64,000 bases of DNA, taken from the NCBI RefSeq assembly GCF_009914755.1, contig NC_060937.1; one strand, 5' to 3'. Shown in pieces: positions 44,730 through 60,053 of the stretch (its first letter is position 1; each line of letters begins with the position of its first letter). The notes below the pieces were generated by a model. That model had not been told where the DNA came from, ran no database searches, and was given only the letters and a program-made list of their open reading frames with translations. The DNA comes from the human T2T-CHM13v2.0 reference genome, Homo sapiens. The translations under genes and the position numbers were made by a program.

Positions 44730-45010
44730 TTCACTAGGTAGGCCCCAAGCCCCTGTACTGATTCTTATAACACCATATCCTCTCCTATTTACCACTCACC
44801 ATAGCTGATATTTAATATTTATTTGCGTGATTCTTTCATTAATGTCCATTTCCCCTCCTAGATTCTAAGTCTCATGAGACCAGAGAGTCTGCATTTTTCT
44901 CCTTTTTTTCCTCTCTTCTTTTTCTTTTCTTTTTTTCTTCTTTTTTGCTAACCATCACATCTCCAATGCCAAGCACAGAGGTGATACATTGTAGGTGCTC
45001 ATTAATTAAC
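44730..45010 (+). mobile_element. L2 3' end
   Basis: tagattctaagtctcatgag...acattgtaggtgctcattaa. Confidence 0.65.
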
Positions 45011-45449
45011 CCAACAACAATCTATATATGAATTAACTAATTATGTTTATGTCTCTACCTCGAGACCCTAATGGATACATTTGAACAAGAGTCACTGTTT
45101 TGACCGATTGATTGATCAACCTTGGGCCATCAGGAAAAACATCACAGCCTTCAAGTGTCTTTACTGTTTGACAGAAAAGCGACACTTGTTTAAATTCCAG
45201 AAAATAAGGGCTGGGCTTTTTGGCCCCAACAAATTTGTCTAAACATGAATCAACTCTCAGTCTCTGAGATCCCCAGAGAAGTGATAAGGCCCTGGAATCT
45301 GGAAGAACCAAGTTACAGGATTAGAATGTAGAACCCACCAGGTAAACGATGCTTCTCCATGATCTAAGAGGAGTCTTTAACACTTTTAGTCCATGCCGTT
45401 TCTCTAAATCTTTAGGACTGGTGTGGATTTAGGAGATAATGTGTAAAAA

Positions 45450-45680
45450 TGCTGGACCAATAAAGTAATGAAAGACCAGGTTCCAGCTTTGCTTCAATCT
45501 TTTAGCAACATTGTGATCCTGAGCAAATCACTCAACTTCCTTAACATTTTAATTTATCTACTGGTATTAATAGAATGCAGTGAATAATGCCTCCCTTGAG
45601 CATCCATAGGATTGCCACAAGGTTAACATGGGACAATACATATACAAAACAGACTGAACAAGCAGAATGCTTGCAATGTA
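45450..45680 (+). mobile_element. MIR
   Basis: tgtgatcctgagcaaatcactcaacttcc. Confidence 0.6.
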
Positions 45681-45742
45681 AGCCAAAAGCATCTTCTGCA
45701 TCTTTTCTGTTTTCAATCTGCCTCATTAAAACTTCTCAATGG

Positions 45743-46056
45743 GGCTGGGTGCAGTGGCTCACACCTATAATCCAAACACTTTGGGTGGCTGGGTTGGGGG
45801 GAGGGCAGGGATGGACCACAAGGTCAGGAGTTCAAGACCAGCCTGCCCAACATGGTGAAACCCCATCTCTACTAAAAATACAAAAATTAGCTGGGCGTGG
45901 TGGCGCACATCTGTAATCCCAGCTACTCAGGAGACTGAGGCAGAAGAATCACTTGAACCCGGGAGGCGGAGGTTGCAGTGAGCCGAGATCATGCCACTGT
46001 ACTCCAGCCTGGGCAACAGAGTCAGACTCCATCTCAAAAAAAAAAAAAAAAAAAAA
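45743..46056 (+). mobile_element. AluS with a G-rich expansion in the left arm
   Basis: TSD aaaacttctca(a/g)tg (45728-45741, 46057-46070); 25-nt A run. Confidence 0.9.
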
Positions 46057-46963
46057 AAAACTTCTCAGTGAACTCAACACAGGCAGCTCATCACTTGCCA
46101 CTGGATAAAAATGCAGGCAAAGCCCAAGACTTTGCAGGTCACTCCTAGATAGTGTGAAATCTTGCAGATTCTTTAATTCACAAACCAAACATTAATTCAG
46201 TAATTAAATTTCTAGTCTCATTTGTTAATCAACACTTCAAACTTGATTTAGAATTAAGAAAACTTTTCCTGTCCCCAGAAGCACCCTGTTGCCTGCAGGT
46301 GGGATCACTGGAGCTGATCTGATCACACACAGCTTCTCTCCATCTTGAAATGGGGTATGTAGCTTCTCTCTCTCCCTCACTCACCTCTTCTGCCTTTTCT
46401 TCTTCTCTGTTGCTAACCCTCTCTCCCATTTCTTCTCTCTGTCTTGCTAATTTTCTCCTTTACTTGCCAGACATGTTTTTGAAAGAGAGAAAGAAAAAAA
46501 TGGATTAGGATAGAGTACTTACTGCTTGACTGGTACTGTCAATGAAGGCTTCTCAATGTCTGGGCTGGGGAAGTGTTTAAGGAGCACTTATTCTCACACA
46601 GAGTACTTTCACACATTCAACAGAAAGTCCCATGCACTGAGTACCTCTCCTGAAGTTCTTTCGACACTAACCATGCATTCTACTTCCTCGGCTGCTGTGC
46701 TACCTCAGTCCCCAGTTTGCTGACTGGTACCTGCCAAACAAATTTTCTCCATGGAAATTTCATTGCCTTTCCACAGAGATCCTCTTGAGTAGAATTTTCT
46801 AAACTTTCTTTTAGGAACATGAGTGATCATTCCCGAAAAAGAGAGAATGAGACAGTGAACTCTCATGCACTGTTATCCAGTTGCAACAATTATCAGCATT
46901 TTTACCTATTGTTATTTCCCTGGGATATTTTTAAGCAAATCTCAGATTTTCTGTATTTCACTG

Positions 46964-46966
<3 letters not shown>

Positions 46967-47002
<36 letters not shown>

Positions 47003-47287
47003 TTGGAGACGGAGTCTTGCTCTATCACCCAGGCTGGAGCGCAGTGGTATGATCTCAGCTCACTACAACCTCCGCCTCTCAGGTTCAAGTGATTCTCTTG
47101 CCTCAGCCTCCCGAGTAGTTGGGATTACAGGTGCATGCCACCACACCCAGCTAATTTTTGTATTTTTAGTAGAGACAGGGTTTCACCATGTTGGCCAGGC
47201 TGGTCTCAAACTCCTCACCCCAGGTGATCAACCCACCTCAGCCTCCCAAAGTGCTGTGATTACATGCATGAGCCAGCATGCCCAGCC
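46967..47287 (-). mobile_element. AluSx-like with (TA)n in the tail
   Basis: Antisense dimer; TSD cactgggt (46959-46966, 47288-47295). Confidence 0.9.
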
Positions 47288-47874
47288 CACTGGGTGTAAT
47301 TTAAAATGGCTCCAGGCTAGCTCTTTCTCCCAACTGGCCCTCATCTGGCCCAAAGGAAACACTCACAAACTTTCTGTGCTGACCAACTTTGGGGTGCAAG
47401 CCAATCCCCCAGCAGCACTCTTCTTCACTCTGTTGCCAAAACAGTTCAATGGTCCTTCTTTCTTGCCATCTAGATTTCCAAGGCAGTATGTCAGAGTGCA
47501 TAGCTCACTGCAGGAGCTGTGCAGTAAGTGCTATAGGTAGACTTCAGGCCAGGGCTTAGAAAATAGCACTTATCTACATTCCTCCCTCTTGCAGAGAAAA
47601 CGATGCACAAGATAGCTCTCTCGGAAAAAAAAAGAAAGAAAAGAAAAATCTCAGTATACTATCTCTCAATACTTTTATATCCGAACTTTAAGTTATCTTC
47701 AGTGGGTAAAATAGTTCAAGAGACTCCTAACCAGTTTTCTGATGCCTCCTTCATAAATTCTGTATATTGTCCACCATATCCAACAGGACACAGAAATTAT
47801 TGTGACTTGGTGTCTTGCTCAAAACTTTAATAGTCTGATTTAACTTAGATCCAAAAGGGTAAGCTACAAAGTGA

Positions 47875-48050
47875 TTCCCCATCTCTACAAAAAACAGAAT
47901 AATTAGCTGGGCATGGTGGCACATACCTGTAGTCCCAGCTACTGAAGAGGCTGATGTGGGAGGATGTCTTGAGCCCAGGAGTTCAAGGCTGCAGTGAGCC
48001 ATGATTGCATCACTATTGCAGCCTGGGGAACAAAGACTCTGTCTCAAAAG
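47875..48050 (+). mobile_element. AluJ right arm / FRAM-like
   Basis: ccccatctctacaaaaa...cttgagcccaggagttcaaggctgcagtgagc. Confidence 0.85.
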
Positions 48051-48724
48051 ATTAAATTTAATTTAATTTGAATTAAATTTAATTTGAAATAAGAACGAAG
48101 AAGTTTCACACAGTACATACCTAACTGTATTTGTTTCAATGACATTGATGCTAATAGAATTTTATTTTATCTTCCAGTACTTTAATTATCCTAAATGATA
48201 GATATTTGTAAATTTTTCCACTTATAGCTACTACCAAGTCACTTTATCCTACATTAACCTGTCAGTGGTAAATTATTATTGGTTTCCCACTTAATTCTAT
48301 TAGTATTCTTACTTTTGAAATTAAAATATGATTATCTGTGGAGAGGGTCATGCTTTTGATATTAAATATGATTAGCTTCTGGAAAAGTGATTAGCTACAT
48401 TTATGTTCTATTGCCACAGTTCCACTGAGATTTGCAACCTATTAACCCATGATACAGCTAAAACTGAATCATTGTATGATAATGAATACATTCACATGCC
48501 ATTGACTGATTTCTTTCAGGCATAGAGAGCATAATTTGCAGATGTGGGTGACATAGAAGACTACCGGAACTGTCTTCCTAAGTTTACCCTCATACAAATT
48601 TAGAGTAAGGTGACTAGTCACTGATGCTATATTCCCTGTATGCGAGATTGCCAAAGTTCTGCGAGGGACTTGAAGAAAATTTTGGGCAATTGCATTCTCC
48701 TTCCCAAAGGTATTCTGAGCTACA

Positions 48725-48843
48725 TTACACAACAGGCTTCCCCAGAGCAGAAGCAATGCTTATCTTGTTCACTATCTATCCCTGTAGCCCAGTTTAGTAT
48801 CCAACACTTAATAGGTGCTCAGCAAATGTGTGTTGAATGAATG
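48725..48843 (+). mobile_element. L2 3' end
   Basis: taggtgctcagcaaatgtgtgttgaatgaatg. Confidence 0.75.
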
Positions 48844-49309
48844 TGTATATCAAACAATCAGGACTTGTGGGATTTAATCATAGAGCAACTTACTTTTTTC
48901 TTCTACTATCCCTTGAAGATATACGTGACAGGGAATATTTTCCCCTCATCTGGATAAAAAAAACATGGGCAGTCCCACAACTGCTGGTAACTCTTCAGTA
49001 ATTCAAAGTCCCACACTGATTTTAAGTCACCAAGCAGACTCTCAGCTCTGTACTCTGAATGTAAAGATCAGTATAATTGCCAAAGCTTTCACCCTTATTT
49101 AATGTTCTGTCTTCTCCAGTTGGGGCCTGCTACAGGGTGAAAGCTCTGAGTCAAGGAAGGACTGTGGTCAGTTTTTTCTGCCTTTTCCTGCTTCTCCTTT
49201 TCCAGTTTGTTACCTGAGGTTTCTGACAAGTCTGGCAATTAGCCATAGGAAAAGAAGAGAAGAAATTGGAGCAAAAAAGTTCTTAATTAACAAGCCAAAA
49301 CCTGAGTGA

Positions 49310-50220
49310 CAATTTGTATGTTTATAACGCATACAATTGACAAAGAATTACTATCCAGATACTTTATTTTTAATTTCTGGAAAAGGGATACTAAGTAAAA
49401 GGCTAACAATTCTTAGAAAAATTGAGAACAGGCATTTTTTTCTGAAGAGGAAACAGATGGCCAATAATTATTTTAAAAGATAATTAAGGTCATTGAAATA
49501 AAAGATAAGCAAAATAAAACATCAAAGAGATACAATTTCCTACCCACCAGTCAGGCAAATTATGAATTCTGATGATACAACATATCAACAAGAACATGGG
49601 GGATATCCGTGGCTTGGATTTGTAGAAATGACAACTGGTACAACCACTTTAGAAAATAAGCATCTCCTACTAAATTAGAAGAATTACATAAATAGCCCAT
49701 CAATTCCATTCCTAGACAAATACGTTGAAGAAAGAAACACTTGTATATGTGCATCAGGAGACATATACAAAAATATTCATGGGAAACATATCTGTAGCAG
49801 CAAAAATGTGGGGGAAATCCAAATGCCTATTGATAATGAAGTGAATTAATCGTGACATATTAGTAAAATATTGTGCAGTGAAGAGGAAAAACTGCAACCA
49901 CAAGCATTAAAATGGATGAATCTTAAAAGTTATATGTTGAACTGGAAAATAAAACATTTTAAATGTATAGGAACACCTACGCATATGGTAAGATCTTGAA
50001 GGAAAACAAGAAAGTGTTAAGCATACAGCTCAGACTAATGGTTACCTCTGAGAAGAAGGGGAGAGAGATGGGTTCCAGGAAGAGCAAACAGTGGCTTTAA
50101 GATATTGGTATGGGCCTATTTGGTAAGATGGGTTAGCAAGTATGTGGCTTTTCTCTTCTTTAAATTGCACTTATATATAATTTATACTTTTTTGCACATA
50201 TACTGCATTTATCAATGTTG
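49310..50220 (+). mobile_element. L1ME-type 3' region
   Basis: actggtacaaccactttagaaaa, caattccattcctag, gcatcaggagacatatacaa. Confidence 0.75.
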
Positions 50221-50589
50221 AAGGCAAAGACAAAAATAAAACAAGAAAATAAACAATTCAGGTTGATCGAGTTTACTGAATCAATTGTGATTTTAATTTT
50301 TTTACTTTCAGTTCTAGAGGCACTAATTTTCAAGGAAGTTCAGGAGAGATGCCAAAGAGAAAGAACAAAAGGTTGTGACATTTTGTCCAAGACTTGGATA
50401 TTTATGAAGTACATGATGACCCCCCAGATTATAACACAGAGAAAAGCCATGCAGAATTATCAGCAGGATTTTGTGTAAACATTCCCAGTGTGGGGGTAAA
50501 AGCTACCATCTTACCATGAGTTAAATGGAGTTACACTCCCCCTCTGTTCATACTCAGTGCTCCCTTATGACTAATGTCTTGTGGTCAAC

Positions 50590-50790
50590 AGGAGTGCACA
50601 GGCTTTGGTCACAGTCCAAACTAACTTTCATTCCCAGTTCTACTACTCACTTATGTGATGTTGCGCAAGTTCCTCTATCTCCCTGTGTCTTTCCTCATCT
50701 GTAAAATGAGAATAACACCTACATTACAAGGTTAGGAAGGTTAAGTGGCACAACACATACATGGCAAAAGTGCCGAAGTACTTGTAAGGC
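50590..50790 (+). mobile_element. MIR
   Basis: tttcctcatctgtaaaatgagaataacacctac core. Confidence 0.8.
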
Positions 50791-52182
50791 ACAAAGAACT
50801 GAGAGTTTCCATTTTTAACATCAGTATCGTCACACACCATCATGTAATTAGTAGGAAGAAAGAAAAAAACATATCTATTAAGTAATTTTCATAAACATGG
50901 TTTAACTTGAAGTTGAAGGCTTCTCAGAGCATCTTTGTAGTTCTATAAATTTTAAATACCTTATATTACATATATACTCTGAATCACTACTAATGTAGAC
51001 TCTATAAAAATCCTGTTATTTTATTTGTTCATACCCCCAAGTACCTGAACTAATAAAATGGTATGAATGGCTATTTACATAAATTTACAATTCTAAATTA
51101 GACCTTTAATTTCTATAATAAAAAAGAAAGTAGCTCATGCAATTTCCCATTTTTATTTTCCTACATGGAATACAGTAGCTCTAACAGAATGTATGACTTT
51201 GTGAATATTTCCAGGGCTGCTAATATTTTACCTAATATTATATCTTGTGTTTTTTGATCTCTGACCCTCGTTTGTACTCCCAGAACCCTCATGAGCAATG
51301 TGTACTATGATAACCCTTGGTAGCAGAAGCAGGACTGAAATTGAAGTTAAATCATCCACAGCAAGAATTTTTCAAGGAGGTCTCTCAGGGTCAGTAGTAA
51401 TTTTTTTCCATGTATATTTCTCCACTTAAAGAATGTTTCTTAAATATTTGATTTATCAGGACTGAAATATATGACTTATTTTGAAATAGATCACTAGTAA
51501 ACACTATAGAGTAGGAATATGACCCTAAATTCTTCTTTTTTTTAATTTTCACATTATTCATTATATCAATATATATTCCCACATCCTCTGGGGAACAACG
51601 AAATGGAACAGCAGAGCACATAAGAAAATTATGAGACAATACAGCTTTTAAAAGCTGGCAAAGGTAATTTATTGACAAAAGAAGAAATAGAAAAACATTA
51701 TTTTTAAAATTAAATTGAATCGTTGCCTTAATATTTACAAAAGGTGAAAAGCATTTGAAACCAAAAATGGATATAACTTCCTCAAGGGAGGAAAAAGAAA
51801 TATTAGCAGGAATCAGAAACAGGTGAGGACAAGATTATAAAGAATTATAACACATTAGGAGCAAACACAGGAGGGTTATGATATAAATGGCAAATGGGCT
51901 GGAAAGGATTTAAACAGTCAACGGAAGCAAATAAGGAAAAGGCATTAGTGAAAAAAACATTGCAATTTTAGCACAAAGACAGCCATAAAATCACTAGAGT
52001 AAGCTGTAATTTAGAAGATCAGTTAGAATTACTAGTTAGTGATAACTTTCAAATGTTATCAAATGTACCAATTCTCACGTGATTACAACCCAAATCAAAT
52101 CATTGAGCAAAGTCAATAATGTAGCATCTCCCACTTATTTACCAAAGGAAAAGTGGCTTCAGCTTTCAATTCACAGCAATAG

Positions 52183-52566
<384 letters not shown>

Positions 52567-54531
52567 TAAATTGTTTCTAAAACCCAAATTTAATCCTAGG
52601 ATTCTCCTGCTTAAAATTTCCTGCAGTTTCTCCATCACCTACAGGCAAAGACCAGGTAAAGTCAAATTCCTCCACTCAATAGTCCCCTTGATTTCGCCTC
52701 TGTATGTTTTTCTACTCTGCTTTCTGCAATGACTCTGGGCCCTCCAGGTAGACTGAAACATTCAAAACCGCTAAAAGCACAGGCCTGAATGCTTCGCTAA
52801 CTTTGTACCTTCTTTTCTCTCTACCTGGAACATCCTTCCTCCCCTTGTCCACCTGGGAACTTTCTCGTTTTTCATGACCCAGAATCCTGTCAATGGCAGA
52901 GCTTTGTTTTTCTCTGTTTTGCATGTCTCTAGGACATAGGAGGGTATCTGTCCCAGAGAATATTCAGTAAATATACATCAGGGGCATGACCACAAGTAAC
53001 GTTCAAAGATTTTATTAACAGGTTTTTTGGTTTCTGCTGCTACTTCCAACCAGTGTAATTTCATTTTCTTTTGTTAGAATAGGGTGTCATGGATTTAGGT
53101 ATCCTACCATAAGCATTTCAAAACTGACGAGATACAATGAACAGTGGGTTGATACGAGGAGGGGAAACAGTGAACCAGAAATGACTGCTTCTTACCAGCT
53201 ATATGATTTGACTCAAGTTTCTTAAAATTTCTCAGCTTCAATGTCCCTCTCAGCAGAATTGTGATATTCTCACTGGGAATTGTTATGATTACAAAATGTG
53301 ATTGTGAAACTGCTTATTTGCTTTTTTGTTTGTTTGTTTCTAAGACATCACCTCTCCTCTACTACTGATTGATTTTGGTCAATGAGTTCTTTCATTTGTG
53401 GCCTATTTTTATCCCTTCAAATAGGTCAGGGTTATTATATTATCCTCCCCAGGATTTTGGTACTGCAGTAGCCTTGAGATCAGAGTCATAGATAACTGGT
53501 AGCATTAAAAGGTTAAGAATTTGTTCTTAATCAAATAGTAAGACAGTAATGGCACTACAAATAGAACACATTTTTTATATTCTCATTTCCTTCCATGGAA
53601 ATGAGCATACTTTTCATTTGCTAATGAACTACACGAAGGTCATAGCCATAGTCATATTGAAATAGACACTCATCAGGTAATGCACTACAGCAGTGTTTAT
53701 AGGTGGAATAATTATTCAATCAATCAACTTGCTATTAAGTGAGTGCCTACTCTGCACACGGCGTTTTGCTAAATCATGTGGCAGACAAAAAGAAGTAGAG
53801 GACACCTTCTCCCACAGTCTCAGAGCCCAAAATAAATCAGCATGCACTTTGAAAAAAATAAACAATTCTTTCTCATAATACAGTACCTAAAAGATAGCTA
53901 AACAGTTACATATAAAATATAAACAGCTTCATCAGATGTAGTATGTCAATATATTCAATGATTCACCCTCAAAGAAAGTTTTTTGTGGTGGTTTAAAATC
54001 ATATAAGGTAGGTCTAATCTCAAATCTTGAGCCTGGACTTGTTGACACATTCACACCTTCATCCATCCATTCATTCAATCATTCATTCATTCATTTACTC
54101 AACTATAATTGAGTGGCAAAATATCTATTACCAGAATTTCAGGAAATCATGGAAAGGCCTACCTTCCTGGATGCTGAGCATGACAGGGAGAAGCATGGAT
54201 TGGGGATTTAAGGCAGGAGAGCATAGACAAAAGGAATACCAGAAAGAAAGAGTGGGAGGCTATAAGTTACTACCAAAGTCCTCCCCATAAGTCCTTAATA
54301 TTTCAATAAAATTAACAAATTCACAATATCCTAAGTGAAGCACGAGTGTTTGAGAGAAAATGCCAAAAGATGATACCTAGGGTTAACCAAGATGGCAGGC
54401 TACCATGCAGAAGCAGAGAAAGAAGAAACAATGGGTAAATAAGAGACTTACATGGAATTGCGGAAGGACTGCTAGATATTCAAAGGCCATGGATGACCAA
54501 GGGACATGGAGGCCCCATACATCTGGGTTAT

Positions 54532-54882
54532 TGTCTTAGTCTGTTCCGACTGCTATAACAAATACCGTATAGTGGGAGACGTATAAACAACAGAAATTTA
54601 TTTCCCACAATTCTAAAGGCTGGGTGGTCTAAGATAAAAGCACTGGCAGTTTGGGTGTCTGGTGAGGTCTCACCTTTTAATTCATGGACAGCCATCTTTT
54701 CACTGTGTCCTTATCTGGTGAAGGGGGTGAGGGTTCTCTTCTTGATTTATTTTATAAGGACACTAGTCTCATTCGTCAGGGTTCCACCCTTGTGACATAA
54801 TCACCTCTTAATGCCATCACCTGGATGGTTAGGATTACAATGAGTGATTTTGACAGGGGGAACAAACATTAAGACCATGGCA
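54532..54882 (-). mobile_element. MLT1A-type solo LTR
   Basis: tgtcttagtctgttcc...aacattaagaccatggca; TSD gtta(t/c). Confidence 0.85.
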
Positions 54883-54887
54883 GTTAC

Positions 54888-55830
54888 ATATCAAATATTT
54901 ATTAAGTACCTACTATGTGCCAGCCACTGTGCTGGGTGCTAAGAATACAAGAACAAACAGTCCCTGATTTCATAGTGTTTACAAACTACTTGGAGACATA
55001 CAGAATGAAACAAGTGATTATACTGTAGAGTAGTAAGTGTTAGAATAGAGGCTGTGTGATACACAGATGAACATAAAGGAGAAAGAACAGTTGTGCCAGA
55101 TGCTTTCTGGAGCAGACGATATCTAAAGAGAACAGGCTCCAGAGTTAGAGACCTGGATTGAAATCCTAATTCCTTCACATACAGGATCCATGATCTCAGG
55201 AAGGTTACTTAAACTCTCTAAGCCTCAGATTTTACATGTGTGAGAATGAGATAATAAGAGTTCCTAGTTGATAGCTTGTCATGAAGATGGTATGTTTGAG
55301 CAACTAAAATAAATTCATAATGGCTGGGATACAAATTTAGAAGGTTTAGACTAAAAATGATTCAGAAGTAGTAGTCTTGGGCCATTAGATTTGCATTTTC
55401 AAAGAGGTGTCTTATTACTAAAAGAAAGTTCTCATTAATGCTTTCCAAAACTAGAGATGTGTTGATGGAGATGGAGTGCAATAGATTGCTTTGAGGAATA
55501 TTTCAGTACTTGGGAATTAGAGGTGAGGGGTGGGGAGAGACTAGAAAAATCAATGATAACTCCAGATCTCTGGCATGAGCAAGGATTGTAGCATCATTCC
55601 TTGAGACAGGTAGCAATGAAGAAAAAGCATATTAGGGGAACATCTTGGGAGAAATGGTAGATTCATTCTGATTGTATCAGGATGGAGGTGCCTGTAGGAT
55701 CTCCAGGTGGGAACACCTCGCAGGCAGGTAGATACGTGAATCTAAAGCTCAGAAGAGAGAGCTGTTTGGGAAAAGAGATGATAATTAAAGAGTAATTGAA
55801 ACCATCCAAAGAATCTGTGCAGAGCCAAAA
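54888..55830 (-). mobile_element. L2, interrupted by a sense MIR (~55130-55300)
   Basis: caaatatttattaagtacctactatgtgccag; aatgataactccagatctctggcatgagc. Confidence 0.75.
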
Positions 55831-56069
55831 AAAAAAAAAAAAGGCCCAAAATAAATAATGAAGAAAAGACCACTTAAGAAATAGGTAGCTTAAAAAAAGG
55901 CAATGAATTATGTGAAAAAGGACAATTTCTAAAATTGTCCCTAAAATTGTCCATAAAATCACAATGTTAGAAGAGAATTTTTTTCTTACATAAACCATAT
56001 CTTTAAAATGGAGAACTTTCTTTTTGATAAATTTGTAGAAAGTTTCCACCCTCATGAAATTACTTACTA

Positions 56070-56230
56070 ACATTTACAGCATGCTTATAATCTGCCAAAC
56101 ACTATGTCATCACATTTGGAAAATGAAGAAACTTGGGCTTGGTAAAGTTAAGTAAATTGCCACAACTGTTAAGTCTTAGGGCTTATATTCAAACCCCGGA
56201 ATCTGACTCTGGAGGCTACAATCCTAACAC
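56070..56230 (-). mobile_element. MIR
   Basis: aatgaagaaactt...aagttaagtaaattgccaca...attcaaaccccggaatctgactctgga. Confidence 0.7.
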
Positions 56231-56554
56231 CTGTGTAATTCAGTAATTATGAATGTCGGGATCGGATGGGACCTTAGAAGTCATCTAGTTCAAATCTCCA
56301 AGTCAGAAGAATAATCCCTCTTCAATAAATTCTAGCAGAACTCATGAAAAGAAACAATACCTCAAAGGACATCTCATTTGTTGTTAAAGAAATCTAGTTC
56401 TACATTTAGAGAAAAAAATTGCCTTCCATGTAGCTTCTACTCTTCGGAATACCAAATAAACAGGGGTATGAAAATGAGGAAAACATTTGTAAAAGTTGCT
56501 AATACTTGATATGTAAGCTTGATACAATAGTATAAAATGAAAATATATATATAA

Positions 56555-57660
56555 AAATTTGACTTATGATACAGATAAAAATTCTAAATAAAATACTGAG
56601 TGATTGAATCCATAAGAAATATGACACGTAGTATTTAGTCCAGAAATTCATAAATGATTAAACAATATAATCACATCAAAAAATTAAATATCCATATGAT
56701 TATACTGACAGATGCCAAATAGGCACTATTTTTAAAATCAGCAATTATTTCATTAGGTATTTTAAATATAAGGGAAATAGAAGAAAATTGCTTAAGTGTG
56801 ATACAGTCTATTACAAAACGAGCTACAAAGATCACAATTAAATACATACTTAAATCACTTTTACTAAAATTAGCAATAAGACAGGGATGATACCAACCTC
56901 TACCATGTTCAACATTAAGAGGTTTCACTTACTAAAATAAAAAATATCAGATAATTGGTATAAATATTAGAGTAAAGGCAATAAAAATTTCTACATTTGA
57001 TCCATGAAACTCTTACTATCAAACTGTAATAAATGAATTTGAGAAGATGTCTTGATGCAGGGAAAATACACAAAAGTTCACTGCTTTTGTCTATAATACT
57101 AGTTGACAATCATTATTTGAAGTAGAAGAATATTCCATTTGCAATAGCAATAAAAAATATAATTTAACCCAGGAATTAATTTAACAAGAAAGATACATGA
57201 CATATATGAAGGAAGTTACAAAATCTTATGGAAAGATAAAGAACTCAATGGAGAATACATTATTGTATATAAAGACTTAGTCTCACAATGTGGTCAATCC
57301 TTCAGAAATTTAATGCAATTTTGATCAGAATTTCAATTTGTTTTCTGAGAACTGGGTAACATTATATTTTATATTTGTTATATTATAACATTAAATTTTA
57401 TATTTAAAATGTTTGAGATAATCATAAAAAACAATACAATATTATAAAACCACGACTAAAGTAGGATACATGGAGGATGTTTGTTGCAAGATTTTTTTGT
57501 AATGTCCTAAAAGCAACCAAATTGTTCACTCATAGAGTAATAGTTGAGCGAATTTTATTACATTCATTATGGAATATTAAGATGCTTATATGATCAAATT
57601 TTTATAAAATCTTCAACAACAGGATCTATTAATGTCTTTGAATACATATGTTAGGAGGAA
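56555..57660 (+). mobile_element. Old L1ME ORF2 remnant
   Basis: aataagacagggatgatacc, tattccatttgcaatagcaa, gaattaatttaacaagaaa. Confidence 0.7.
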
Positions 57661-58046
57661 TATAAATTGATTAATGTGAGCATAGAAAAGACTTTGGTTC
57701 AGAGTGAATTAAGTGAAGAGAAGGTGTTCAAAGTGAGGAGGTCATTAAGAGTTAACATCAGAAGGAAGGGAGAGCAGGGAGGGAGGGGGTGAGAAAAATA
57801 GTCATAAAATGGAATTTGCATGGTATAACATTAACTGAGAAAGTAAAAAAAGAAGGATGAAAATGAAAATTATAGGGACAAATGAAAACACAGATCTGAT
57901 TTTCAGCATGGCATTTTAAGGAATTTTTATTTGGTTTCTAATATGGCCTCATAAATAAAGTTTTGAGAGAAAAAGCAACTTGCAGAATAATCTGTTTAGG
58001 GTGATCCCATTTTTTGGAAAAAATACACATATAATATCTCTTCTCT

Positions 58047-58783
58047 AAAATGCAAATCAAAACCACAATGAGATACCGTCTCATGCCAGTTAGAAGGGCA
58101 ATCATTAAAAAGTTAGGAAACAACAGATGCTGGAGAGGATGTGGAGAAATAGGAACACTTTTACAATGTTGGTGGGAGTGTAAACTAGTTCAACCATTGT
58201 GGAAGACAATGTGGTGATTCCTCTAGGATCTAGAACCAGAAATACCATTTGACCCAGCAATCCCATTACTGGGTATATACCCAAAGGATTATAAATCATT
58301 CTACTATAAAGACACATGCACACATATGTTTATTGCAGCACTATTCACAATAGCAAAGACTTGGAACCAACCCAAATGACCATCAATGATAGACTGGATA
58401 AAGAAAATGTGGCACATATACACCACGGAATACTATGCAGCCATAAAAAAGAATGAGTTCCTGTCCTTTGCAGGACATGGATGAAGGTGGAAACCATCAT
58501 TCTCAGCAAACTAACACAGGAACAGAAAACCAAATGCCGTATGTTCTCACTCATAAATGGGAGTTGAACAATGAGAACACAGGGACACAGGGAGGGGGGC
58601 ATCACATACCAGGGCCTGTCAGGGGTAGGGAGCAAGGGGAGGGATAGCATTAGGAGAAGTACCTAATTAAGAGATGATGGCTTGATGGGTGGCAGCAAAC
58701 CACCATGGCACATGTACACCTATGTAACAAACCTGCACATTCTGCCCATGTATCCCAGAACTTAAAGTATAATAATAAAAAAA
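58047..58783 (+). mobile_element. L1PA7-like 3' fragment
   Basis: aaatgcaaatcaaaaccacaatgagatacc...tatcccagaacttaaagtataataat; flanking tcttctct repeat. Confidence 0.88.
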
Positions 58784-59189
58784 GTCTTCTCTTCAGTTAC
58801 TTCAGTGAACTAGTATTCAGAATGTATAATGAGGAGCTTGTTAACTTTTCCTTTCTATCTGCATTATTAGATGTACTTCAGAAATCAAGTCATACTTCTG
58901 TAATTTTTAAAAATCTAGTACAGTGAAAGGAAGGAAGAAGAAGGCAGGGAAAAGGAAAGGAGGCAGAGAGAGAAGGAAGGAGGGCTAGAAGGAGGGAGTT
59001 AGAAAGATGGGATTCTAAATAGAAGCTAGAGGCCTCCTCCTTGGCATTATTGGGTCTGCATGGCCTTCTCTAACCAAGATGGACCAGGTACCTCTTCTGC
59101 GTGTTCCTATAATACTCTACACTCACCACTTTTGTATCAAATAGAACATTGTATATAAAGGGCCTGATCACTTCTCTGTATCCTCTTGA

Positions 59190-59595
<406 letters not shown>

Positions 59596-59691
59596 TGATT
59601 CATAGTTTTTGGAGAGTGGGTAAACTATTTCCCGTACCAAGGGAACACAGTAGGCAGCCAGTAAATGCTCGCTCCCTTTTTAACTAGGTGT

Positions 59692-60053
59692 TGCCATGGT
59701 CTGAAAGTGTGTGTCTCCTCAAAGTGCACGTGTTGAAAGCCAATCTCTAATGCAATCGTATTAAGAGATTGGGCCTTTAAGAGGCATTAGGTCATGAGGG
59801 CGCTACCCTCATGAATGGGATTAGTGTCCCTATAAAAGATCCCCAAGGGGGGCTGTTTGCCCTTCCACCAAGTGAGGAAGCCTGAGAAGGTGCCATCTAT
59901 GGAGCATAGAACGAGCCATCACCAGACACCAGATCTGCTGGCACCTTGATCTTGGACTCTCCAGATTCTAGAACTGTAAGAAATAAATTCCTGTTGTTTG
60001 TAAGTTAGGCAGTCAAAGGCATTCTGTTATAGCTGCCTGAACAAACTGAGACA
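59692..60053 (+). mobile_element. MLT1A/MST-type solo LTR
   Basis: tgccatggtctgaa...ttaggtcatgaggg...agaactgtaagaaataaa...aactgagaca. Confidence 0.85.

Noticed and set aside
50311-50500. Plus-strand acceptor followed by the protein-looking MPKRKNKRL*HFVQDLDIYEVHDDPPDY
   Set aside because: Internal stop, weak donor, no recognisable family
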